Part shown: positions 6,812 to 13,912 of the stretch, piece by piece | Layout of the letters: each line of letters begins with the position of its first letter | How positions within the stretch are numbered: the stretch's first letter is position 1 | NCBI GenBank assembly: GCA_035632135.1 | Contig: DASQHK010000318.1 | Location: 1-32,093, forward strand | Length of the DNA: 32,093 nucleotides | Source of the DNA: Bryobacterales bacterium | GTDB taxonomy: Bacteria; Acidobacteriota; Terriglobia; Bryobacterales; JACQDG01 | Direction of reading: 5' to 3' | Notes under the pieces: model-generated | Databases searched by the model: none | Seen by the model: only the letters and a program-made list of their open reading frames with translations | Told to the model about the DNA's origin: nothing | Position numbers and translations under genes: made by a program

Positions 6812-7504
6812 TCAAAACGGCAGCAGGCCCATCAGGATCCGGTAGAGGATGAACGGCCGGTGGATGGCGTCGTTGACCACCCCCTTGCCGTTGACCCGGA
6901 TCTCCATCTGCGCCAGACGATCGGAGCTGACCGTGTTGTCGGGGGCCAGATCGACCGGCCGCACCACGCCGCGCACGGTAATCAGTTGCCGCTCCGCATT
7001 CACCACCACGTCTTTATCCGCCTCGACCACCAGATACCCGTTCGGCAGCACGTGGGTGATGCGGGCGGAAAGGCGCGTGGTGATCTGGCTTTGGCGGGTG
7101 GTCGAGCCCTGCCCGTCGAGCGAGGTGTTGCCAGCCGAGCCCGCCAGATTGCTCAGCTTCGGCGAAGCGAGGCCATGCAGCGCCGAGACGCCCACCGTGG
7201 CGCTCGTTTTGCGGGCGTTCGAGGTGGTCCCCTTGGCCAGCGCGGATGCCTGCTCGGAGACCACCACGGTCACAATGTCGTTGACCCGCAAGGCGCGCGG
7301 ATCGCGGAACAGGTTGGCCAGCAGACCTTGCGGCGCATAGAGCGAACCGCTGGCCGCGGTACCGGAGCCGCCCGCCCGCTGCGCCTCCTCGATGTAGCGG
7401 TCGAGCGGCGAAGGGCCCTGCTCGGACGCTGCCATGCTCATCGAAACCACCATCGCGAACCCGGCCGCCACAGCCGCCCAGCCGCTCCAGCCTCGCCACG
7501 TCAT
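6812..7504 (-). CDS. flgH: flagellar L-ring protein FlgH
   Basis: 230 aa. SLYAPQGLLANLFRDPRALRVNDIVTVVVSEQASA and GYLVVEADKDVVVNAERQLITVRGVVRPVDLAPDNTVSSDRLAQ match the conserved FlgH core. The ATG at 7504 overlaps the flgA stop (ATGA). Confidence 0.9.
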   Translation of the reverse strand: MTWRGWSGWAAVAAGFAMVVSMSMAASEQGPSPLDRYIEEAQRAGGSGTAASGSLYAPQGLLANLFRDPRALRVNDIVTVVVSEQASALAKGTTSNARKTSATVGVSALHGLASPKLSNLAGSAGNTSLDGQGSTTRQSQITTRLSARITHVLPNGYLVVEADKDVVVNAERQLITVRGVVRPVDLAPDNTVSSDRLAQMEIRVNGKGVVNDAIHRPFILYRILMGLLPF

Positions 7505-8547
7505 TTGCCGAGTCCTCCTTTGCCAATTCCGATTCCCGCTCCTGGCTCCCGCAGCCCGGCGGGGACTGCTTCCGCCGCCTCACCGCCCAGCGGGAACGGC
7601 GCGGCCACTACCTCGGCGCGATGGGCGCCGGAAATACGCGCCGCCACCTGCCGGCCGCTGGACAGATTGCGAACCATCACCCGCTCTCCCAGCGCGCCCG
7701 GCTGCTCCGCCCGCCCCGGCGCCCGCACCTCAATCCCTCCGCTCGACACACGCAACTCGACCAGCGCGCCGCGCTCGAGCACGTGCGGCGTGATGAGCCA
7801 GCCGCGCGGGATTTTCTCGCCCGCCGCCACCCGCCGGGCGAGCGTCTTGCCCACTGCCGCGCGCGGATCGAGCACCCAGCGGTCAGGCGCTACCTCGAGC
7901 ACCCCTTCGGTGACGGTCACATCGTCCGGCGCGATGGGCGTGCGGGGCTCGATGGCTCTGGCCGCCACCGCGTAGCGGCCGAGCACGCTCAAGCGCGCCC
8001 GCAGCCACAGCGTCCCGCTGCGTCCCTCCGGCGTCACCCACGTCAGCGGCACCGTGGCCACCTCGCCCGGCGGGCGAAACGCCTCGCCGGCCCGGAATTG
8101 AAGCGGCCCGGCCGGCGCCTCGAAGGCCCGAAACTGCACCAGATCGATGCCCACATCCTCAGGCGAGATCCGGTAGCGCACGGCCAGGGCGGTGACCAGC
8201 GCCGCCTCGGCCTCGGTGCGCTCCAGGCACCGCATGCGCCGGCGGATCTCGAGCTGCGCGGGCCAGCGGGCAATCTTCGCCGGATCCAGACCATTGCGCA
8301 CGGCCAGCCGCTCCAGATCCGCCGGGAACAGCTCCCGTGACAACCCCGGCAGCGGCGCGTACAGGATCGCGGTGAGGCCCGGCAACTCGCTCCATTCCGG
8401 CATCACGCGCGCCAGGTCGGCCGCCGTCACATGATCGTGCTCCACCTCCAGGCGCTCGACGGTTTGCCCGCGAACCAAGGTGGGCGCCGCCAGCAGCGCC
8501 ATCGCCAGCAGCGCAACAAAGAATCCGGGAGTGGGCTGCCTGGTCAT
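7501..8547 (-). CDS. flgA: flagellar P-ring assembly chaperone FlgA (long form)
   Basis: 348 aa. Signal peptide MTRQPTPGFFVALLAMALLAAPTLVRGQ. The C-terminal SAF/FlgA region is IAPDDVTVTEG...VGKTLARRVAAGEKIPRGWL...ERGALVELRVSSGGIEVRAPGRAEQPGALGERVMVRNLSSGRQVAARI. Confidence 0.8.
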   Translation of the reverse strand: MTRQPTPGFFVALLAMALLAAPTLVRGQTVERLEVEHDHVTAADLARVMPEWSELPGLTAILYAPLPGLSRELFPADLERLAVRNGLDPAKIARWPAQLEIRRRMRCLERTEAEAALVTALAVRYRISPEDVGIDLVQFRAFEAPAGPLQFRAGEAFRPPGEVATVPLTWVTPEGRSGTLWLRARLSVLGRYAVAARAIEPRTPIAPDDVTVTEGVLEVAPDRWVLDPRAAVGKTLARRVAAGEKIPRGWLITPHVLERGALVELRVSSGGIEVRAPGRAEQPGALGERVMVRNLSSGRQVAARISGAHRAEVVAAPFPLGGEAAEAVPAGLREPGAGIGIGKGGLGK

Positions 8548-8550
8548 GGG

Positions 8551-9342
8551 CTACCGCGGAATGTTGTTGGCCTCCTGGTACATCTCATTCGAGGCCTGCA
8601 CGGCCTTGCTCGACGCCTCGTAGGCCCGCTGGCTCACAATCATGTTGATAAACTCCTCGACCACGCTGACGTTCGAGCCTTCCAGATTGCCTTGCAGCAG
8701 CGCGCCCAGGCCCTCCAGGCCTCCCGGCGTGCCCAGGATGGGATCGCCCGAGGCCTGCGTCGGCTGCATCAGGTTTTGGCCGAGACTGTTCAGGCCGCCC
8801 GGATTGGGGAACGCGGCGAGCTGGATGGCGCCGCCCTGCTGGGCCTGCGTCTGGCCGGGCTGGGTGAAGCTCACCGTGCCGTCGGCGGCGATGTTCACGC
8901 TCAGCGCGTCGCGCGGGAGAGTGATATTGGGCTCGAGCGGATTGCCGTCGGCGGTCACCAGGTTGCCGTCCCGGTCGAGGTGAAAGGCCCCCGCGCGCGT
9001 GTAAGCGAGCTGCCCGGTGGGCAGCCGGATCTGGAAAAACCCCTGCCCCTGGATGACCAGGTCGAGGGGGTTCCCGGTGGCGATGAAATCGCCCTGCGTG
9101 AAGATGATCTCGTTGGCCACCGGCCGCGCCCCCAGCCCGACTTGCAGCCCGGCCGGCACCACCGTCTGCTGGCCGGCGGCGGTGCCCGGCGCCTGCATGG
9201 TCTGGTAGAGCAGATCCTGGAACTGCGCCCGCCGGTGCTTGAAGCCGGTGGTATTGGCGTTGGCCAGGTTGTTGGCGATGTTGTCGATGTTCAGTTGCTG
9301 CGCCGACATCCCGCTTGCCGCGCTGTAAAGTGCCCGAATCAC
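8551..9342 (-). CDS. flgG: flagellar distal rod protein FlgG
   Basis: 263 aa. (M/V)IRALYSAASGMSAQQLNIDNIANNLANANTTGFK is the rod N-terminal signature. The C-terminus is LEGSNVSVVEEFINMIVSQRAYEASSKAV. GTG start at 9342 with SD GGAG at 9354..9351. Confidence 0.95.
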   Translation of the reverse strand: MIRALYSAASGMSAQQLNIDNIANNLANANTTGFKHRRAQFQDLLYQTMQAPGTAAGQQTVVPAGLQVGLGARPVANEIIFTQGDFIATGNPLDLVIQGQGFFQIRLPTGQLAYTRAGAFHLDRDGNLVTADGNPLEPNITLPRDALSVNIAADGTVSFTQPGQTQAQQGGAIQLAAFPNPGGLNSLGQNLMQPTQASGDPILGTPGGLEGLGALLQGNLEGSNVSVVEEFINMIVSQRAYEASSKAVQASNEMYQEANNIPR

Positions 9343-9368
9343 GGTTCCGTCTCCTGTGTCTTTCTAAT

Positions 9369-9394
9369 GTCTATTGCCACTGACTATTACCACT
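9369..9394 (-). repeat. 13-nt tandem direct repeat x2 in the AT-rich flgF-flgG spacer
   Basis: Minus strand reads AGTGGTAATAGTC AGTGGCAATAGAC (11/13 identical). It is flanked by TAGAAAG ... TTAGAAAGACA. Confidence 0.8.
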
Positions 9395-9396
9395 TT

Positions 9397-10134
9397 CTAC
9401 TGTCCCGCCCCCGGAATCTGCTGAATGGCCTGCTTGTTCACCTCGTTGGCCACCAGGTTGGCGGCGCGGGCCAGCATCTCGAACTGGCGGGTGACCTCGA
9501 CCAGCCGCACGGCGGCCTCGGCCGGGTTCACATTGGCCGACTCCAGTCTGCCCTGGCGGACCGGGGCGCCCGCCGGGGCGCCCGGCGGGGTCTCGGCCGC
9601 GGGCCGAAAATAGTTGTGACCCACCTTGACGAGCTGGCGCGGGTCGGGGAACTCCACCACTTGCAGGCGGCCCACGTTCTGCTCACCCACCGACACCGTG
9701 CCGTCCTCCGCGATCTGGATGATGCCCGGGGGCAGCGTCAGCGGGCCCCCGACGCCTTGCACGGGAAGGCCGTCGGCGGTCACCAGTTGCCCGTCGGAGG
9801 TCCGCTGGAAGCTGCCGTTGCGCGTATAAAGCGGCTGTCCCTGGGGACCCTGGACGGCGAAGAAGCCCGGCCCGTCGAGCGCCACGTCGAGCGGCCCGCC
9901 GGTCGAGGTGAGCGCCGCCTGCCGGAAGTCCACCGCCGAGCCTTCGACCACCGGCATCCAGGTCACGTCGCCCAGCGTGTCGGCCTCGGCTTCCGCCCCC
10001 AGGAACAGATCGTAAAACTCGTGGTCCGCCTTGTAGCCGGCGGTGGCCACGTTTGCAATGTTGTTGCTGATCAGGTCGAGCGTCTCGAGGCGCGCCTGCA
10101 TCCCGGCGGCGGCGGTCAGCAGAGATTGGTCCAT
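9397..10134 (-). CDS. flgF: flagellar proximal rod protein FlgF
   Basis: The ORF-track ORF extends to 10242, but the conserved start MDQSLLTAAAGMQARLETLDLISNNIANVATAGYKAD is at ATG 10134. The C-terminus is LESANVNPAEAAVRLVEVTRQFEMLARA. Confidence 0.9.
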   Translation of the reverse strand: MDQSLLTAAAGMQARLETLDLISNNIANVATAGYKADHEFYDLFLGAEAEADTLGDVTWMPVVEGSAVDFRQAALTSTGGPLDVALDGPGFFAVQGPQGQPLYTRNGSFQRTSDGQLVTADGLPVQGVGGPLTLPPGIIQIAEDGTVSVGEQNVGRLQVVEFPDPRQLVKVGHNYFRPAAETPPGAPAGAPVRQGRLESANVNPAEAAVRLVEVTRQFEMLARAANLVANEVNKQAIQQIPGAGQ

Positions 10135-10313
10135 GCCGGGGCACTTTGCAATCGGCGGACCAGGAGGGGGGTGGAGGCAACTCGTTGCAAATCCATGAGC
10201 GGGGTCGCGCAACGGCGCGGGCAGCGGAAACTTTCTTGTCATCAGGCATTTTTTTGGCGGAGGCTCACCCCCCTCCCTCGCAACAAGCCTTGCCGAATCA
10301 GGGTCATCACCGA

Positions 10314-10329
10314 CGGTACGCCGCTTGCA
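10314..10329 (+). promoter_or_regulatory. sigma-54-like -24/-12 element upstream of fliK
   Basis: CGGTACGCCGCTTGCA compared with TGGCAC-N5-TTGCA. GG (10315-16) and GC (10327-28) have exactly the canonical spacing. There are two mismatches in the -24 hexamer. It ends 15 nt before the ATG at 10344. Confidence 0.3.
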
Positions 10330-10343
10330 AGCGTCCGCTTCGC

Positions 10344-12017
10344 ATGCCGGACCTGGGACTCATCGCAGGGCAGAGGAGCGTCGGCCAGAGAGGCCCCACG
10401 CTTCCATTTCCCGCCCCGGCGGCCGGCTCGCCCGGGGTTGGCGAAGGCAATCTGCCTCGCGCGACCCGGGCGGCGCTGTGGGGCAAGGTCGCCAGCGAGT
10501 CGCCGGGCGGCGGCGCTCCCGCCCCTGGTGTTCCCAAGAGTCCGTCCGGCCAGAGCGGGCCGGCCGGGGGCGCCCCCGCGCCACGAGCTGGACTTAAAGA
10601 ACCGGAGATCGGCGGTAAGCCGGACGGACATCTCGCCCTGCCCGTCGCCGCGTGGCTCCTCCCATACAAACTACTAATATCCAGGGAAGCTGCGGCGGCG
10701 GCGACCCCAGCGGCCGGGCCACACCAAGCCCTGCGGCCGCCACCCTCCTCCCCAGGGCAGGCAGACGCGGCGGGTGGGATCTCCGTCATGGCCGCGGCGG
10801 CCGCGGCGTGGCTGGCCCGACCGGCGGGCGGGATCCCGCCGCTCTCGAGCGGCGCGGTTGCGGTGACGCCGGCGGCGTCTGGTTCGCCCTCCTCGCCCGG
10901 AAAAATGCAGGCCCTGACGGCCGCAGAGGGTTCAACGGAGGGTCCACAGGAAGGTCCGCCCACCGCCGTCCCGCCCCCGGGAGAAAGCTCACCGCCGGCG
11001 GCCCTGGCGGTGTTTCATCTCGACGCTTGGCTGCGCTCGGCCGCGCCGCCCTCCGGCGCCACCCCTGCTGCGGTCACCCTGCGAGAAAATTTCGTGCTCC
11101 CGGCTTCCCACTTGGTCGCCACGGCGATTGCCGCCACCGAGGGCGCGGGCGCCGCCCCAGCCCCTGCGCTGAACGCAGTGGGAGGCGCGGAAGCTGGGGG
11201 GACCGCGGCTTCCACGCCGGCGAAGACCAGCGGCGCGGCCGGCGTTGCAACCTCTGCCGCGAGTGCCGGGCCGCCCGCACCCGCCGTAGCCCCGCCCTCG
11301 GCCGGAAGCGGCCCAGGGCTGAACTCGGACCCAAACGCGCAGCAAAAGAAAGACGGTTCGACCCCGGCTGCGGCGCGACCCGCTGCTTCGCCCGCACCAG
11401 CGCCGGAGCCGCTGCCCGCGCCCGAGGCCGCTCACCAGCGGGAAACGGCGGTGGCGCTGGCACCGCCCCCAGACAAGCCCCCCGCCGATCCGACGGCCAG
11501 TCCGAGCGTCTCCCCCAACGCAAGCGCGCCGGGGCCCGTTTCTCCCGCGCACCCCGAGATCGCTGGGGCGCCGCCAGCGGGCCCTGCCGCCCCGCCGCCG
11601 GCCGCCGCCTCCGCGGAGGCCCCCGCCGCGCAGGTCGCCAAGGCCTCCCTGCGCACCACCGCGGATGGTTCACAGGTGGAGATCGTGCTGCGGCCCGACC
11701 CTCTCAGCCGCGTGACGGTGCGTCTGGTCGAGCGCAGCGGCCAGGTACAAATTGACGTGCGCAGTTCGAGCCAACCGCTCAAGAGCCTGCTGGCCGAATC
11801 GCTGCCCACACTGCTCGACGGCATGCGCCAGCGGGGATGGGACATTGCCGCCGGGAGCGGAGCGGGCGGCGCGGGGCAGGGTCCGGCCTCCTGGAGCGCG
11901 CCCGACCGCCACCCGGAGCAGGGCCGGCGCTCGAAAGACGCGCCCGCAAACTGGTGGCGGCGCGGCGGGCCAAACCGGGGGGCGGCGTTCTCGCTCGAAG
12001 ATCTTAACAATACTTAG
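10344..12017 (+). CDS. fliK: flagellar hook-length control protein FliK (start codon uncertain)
   Basis: The C-terminal region ASLRTTADGSQVEIVLRPDPLSRVTVRLVERSGQVQIDVRSSSQPLKSLLAESLPTLLDGMRQRG matches the Flg_hook/FliK C-domain. The long Pro/Ala/Ser-rich N-terminal part is typical of FliK. The ORF is open from 10146. Internal in-frame ATGs lie at 10344, 10788 and 10905. 10344 was chosen because 10146 leaves no room for the divergent promoter region. Confidence 0.7.
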   Translation: MPDLGLIAGQRSVGQRGPTLPFPAPAAGSPGVGEGNLPRATRAALWGKVASESPGGGAPAPGVPKSPSGQSGPAGGAPAPRAGLKEPEIGGKPDGHLALPVAAWLLPYKLLISREAAAAATPAAGPHQALRPPPSSPGQADAAGGISVMAAAAAAWLARPAGGIPPLSSGAVAVTPAASGSPSSPGKMQALTAAEGSTEGPQEGPPTAVPPPGESSPPAALAVFHLDAWLRSAAPPSGATPAAVTLRENFVLPASHLVATAIAATEGAGAAPAPALNAVGGAEAGGTAASTPAKTSGAAGVATSAASAGPPAPAVAPPSAGSGPGLNSDPNAQQKKDGSTPAAARPAASPAPAPEPLPAPEAAHQRETAVALAPPPDKPPADPTASPSVSPNASAPGPVSPAHPEIAGAPPAGPAAPPPAAASAEAPAAQVAKASLRTTADGSQVEIVLRPDPLSRVTVRLVERSGQVQIDVRSSSQPLKSLLAESLPTLLDGMRQRGWDIAAGSGAGGAGQGPASWSAPDRHPEQGRRSKDAPANWWRRGGPNRGAAFSLEDLNNT

Positions 12018-12068
12018 GAGCATCGGACTTGGGAGCACCAGACTGAGGAGCATAGGAGCACAGGAGCA
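12017..12068 (+). repeat. GGAGCA x5 tandem array forming the flgD leader (periods 15,15,8,8 nt)
   Basis: GGAGCATCGGACTTG GGAGCACCAGACTGA GGAGCATA GGAGCACA GGAGCACA acg ATG. The copies are at 12017, 12032, 12047, 12055 and 12063. The last copy serves as the SD, 7 nt from ATG 12074. Confidence 0.9.
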
Positions 12069-12073
12069 CAACG

Positions 12074-12526
12074 ATGACATCACCCACCACGTTAAATCCC
12101 GTACCGCCGCCCGCCGCCGGGTCGCAGCTACCTGCCCGGGCAAGCGGTCTCGCCCAGGTCGGGAACTCGGACGTCTCGGCCAACACCTTCTTGCAGCTTC
12201 TGGTGGCGGAGATCAAGAACCAGGACCCCCTGCAGCCGATGCAAGGAACCGAGTTCATTACGCAACTGGCGCAATTCAACAGCCTGGCTCAATTGATCGC
12301 CATCAAGGACGAGCTGCAGCCGCCGCCGCCCGCCGCGACGGGCTCCGGCTCCGGCAACGTCCCGACCGGCCCCGCAGCGAGCCCGGCGGCGGGGGCGTCG
12401 GCCGCCGGCGCGGGGGCGGCTGGAGTGGTCAGCGCCCTGTTGCCGGGGACCGCCCCAGGGGCGGTGTCGGGTGTGCTTTCCGGCGCGGCGGCTGCAGCGC
12501 CCGGCCCTCGGAGCAATGGAAACTGA
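12074..12526 (+). CDS. flgD: flagellar hook capping/assembly protein FlgD (short form, N-domain only)
   Basis: 150 aa. NTFLQLLVAEIKNQDPLQPMQGTEFITQLAQFNSLAQL matches the FlgD N-domain signature (fL.LLvaQLknQDPl.Pmd..efi.QlAqfs.le). The remainder is Pro/Ala/Gly low-complexity sequence. Confidence 0.85.
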   Translation: MTSPTTLNPVPPPAAGSQLPARASGLAQVGNSDVSANTFLQLLVAEIKNQDPLQPMQGTEFITQLAQFNSLAQLIAIKDELQPPPPAATGSGSGNVPTGPAASPAAGASAAGAGAAGVVSALLPGTAPGAVSGVLSGAAAAAPGPRSNGN

Positions 12527-12553
12527 TCGGGACTTGAGGCCAGAGTACCGATC

Positions 12554-12597
12554 GGAACCAGAAGAATGAAACCAGAAGAAATGAAACCAGGAGAAAA
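12554..12597 (+). repeat. 14/15-nt tandem repeat x3 forming the flgE leader
   Basis: GGAACCAGAAGAAT GAAACCAGAAGAAAT GAAACCAGGAGAAAA aaccc ATG. The third unit carries the SD AGGAG (12589-12593). The first two units carry AGAAG at the same position. Confidence 0.9.
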
Positions 12598-12602
12598 AAC
12601 CC

Positions 12603-13880
12603 ATGCCATCTTCATTTTCAACCGCTCTTTCGGGTCTGCGCGGCGCCGGCTCGGCCGTGGATGTGATCGCCAATAACCTGGCCAATCTGAACACCATCGC
12701 TTACAAGGCGAGCGTGGCCGAGTTCAGCGACTTGATCTACGAGCAGGTGGGTCAAAACCAGGCCGGCGTCCCATTTCAAATCGGACTGGGCACGGCGCCG
12801 ATCAACGTGCTGCGGCAATTCGATCAAGGCACCATTCAGAACACCAGCGGGCTGCTCGACGCCGCCATCCAGGGGGCGGGCTTCTTTGTGGTGCGCCGCG
12901 GGGCGGCCACCCTGTTCACCCGCGCGGGCAACTTCCAGCTCAATTCCAACGGGCTGCTCATCAACGGCTCCTCCGACATTGTCCAGGGCTGGACCCAGGA
13001 TGCCACGGGCAACGTCAACACCAACCTGCCGGTGGGCGACGTGGTGATTCCGGTCGGCCAGACCCTGGCGCCCAAGGCGACGGGCAACGTGCGGCTGGGG
13101 CTGAACCTGGACGCGACGACTGTTGTCGGGAACTCGTTTTCCGCGCCGCTCCAGGTTTTCGACTCGCTGGGGGCGCCCCACATCCTGACGTTCGTGTTCA
13201 CCAAGGCGGCCACCGGGTGGAACCTGGATGTGACCCTGCCCGGCAACGACGTGGGCGCGGCCACCCCGACGGTGAGCGTGCTGACCGGAGCGCCGGTGAA
13301 CATCACTTTTGACTCCAACGGCGTCCTGGTCAATCCGGGCACGCCGCCGCCCACGCCGCCGCCGTTCGACCTGAACATCAACAGCAGCGCCTTCACTTTA
13401 AGCGACGGGGCAGGGCCGCTGAATCTTACCTGGAGCCTGCTCGACCCGCAAGGCAACCCGACCCTCACGCAGTTCTCGCAGGCCTCCGCCGTGTCGACGA
13501 CGTTTCAGGACGGCCTGGCCCCGGCGCAGTTGACCACCGTTTCGATCTCCGACGGCGGCAAAGTCTCCGGAACGTTCAGCGACGGACAGACCAAGGTGCT
13601 GGCGCGGATCGCGCTGGCCACTTTCATCAGCCCGCTCACGCTGGCGGCGGTGGGCGGCAACGATTACATTGTCTCGTCGGCCTCGGGGACGCCGGCCATC
13701 GGCACGCCCGACAGCGGCGGCCGGGGATCGGTGGTGGGGGCGTCGCTCGAGTTTTCGAACGTGGATATCGCCAAGGAGTTCACTTCGCTGATGACCGCGC
13801 AGCGCAGCTTTCAGGCCAATGCGCGGGTGATCACCACGGCCGATGATCTGAACCAGGAGGCCATCAACCTGAAGAGGTAG
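12603..13880 (+). CDS. flgE: flagellar hook protein FlgE
   Basis: 425 aa. MPSSFSTALSGLRGAGSAVDVIANNLANLNTIAYK is the N-terminal signature. The C-terminus is LEFSNVDIAKEFTSLMTAQRSFQANARVITTADDL. Confidence 0.95.
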   Translation: MPSSFSTALSGLRGAGSAVDVIANNLANLNTIAYKASVAEFSDLIYEQVGQNQAGVPFQIGLGTAPINVLRQFDQGTIQNTSGLLDAAIQGAGFFVVRRGAATLFTRAGNFQLNSNGLLINGSSDIVQGWTQDATGNVNTNLPVGDVVIPVGQTLAPKATGNVRLGLNLDATTVVGNSFSAPLQVFDSLGAPHILTFVFTKAATGWNLDVTLPGNDVGAATPTVSVLTGAPVNITFDSNGVLVNPGTPPPTPPPFDLNINSSAFTLSDGAGPLNLTWSLLDPQGNPTLTQFSQASAVSTTFQDGLAPAQLTTVSISDGGKVSGTFSDGQTKVLARIALATFISPLTLAAVGGNDYIVSSASGTPAIGTPDSGGRGSVVGASLEFSNVDIAKEFTSLMTAQRSFQANARVITTADDLNQEAINLKR

Positions 13881-13912
13881 CAGGCTGGCAGAGCGGCGCG
13901 GTTTCCTGCATT

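Noticed and set aside
10247-10277. T7 run next to a GGAGG...CCTCC hairpin, considered as an intrinsic terminator
   Set aside because: The T-run precedes the hairpin on the plus strand and becomes an A-run after it on the minus strand. It therefore has the wrong geometry for termination in either direction.
8431-10677. 748-aa plus-strand ORF, the longest in the track
   Set aside because: It is antisense to the clearly conserved flgG and flgF genes. The translation is Arg/Gly/His/Leu-rich with no recognisable motifs. It is a typical shadow ORF of a high-G+C genome.
12017-12597. Short tandem repeats considered as a CRISPR array or minisatellite
   Set aside because: The units are 6-15 nt, there are at most 5 copies, there are no unique spacers of CRISPR size, and no cas genes are present. 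They are leader-embedded micro-repeats, not CRISPR.
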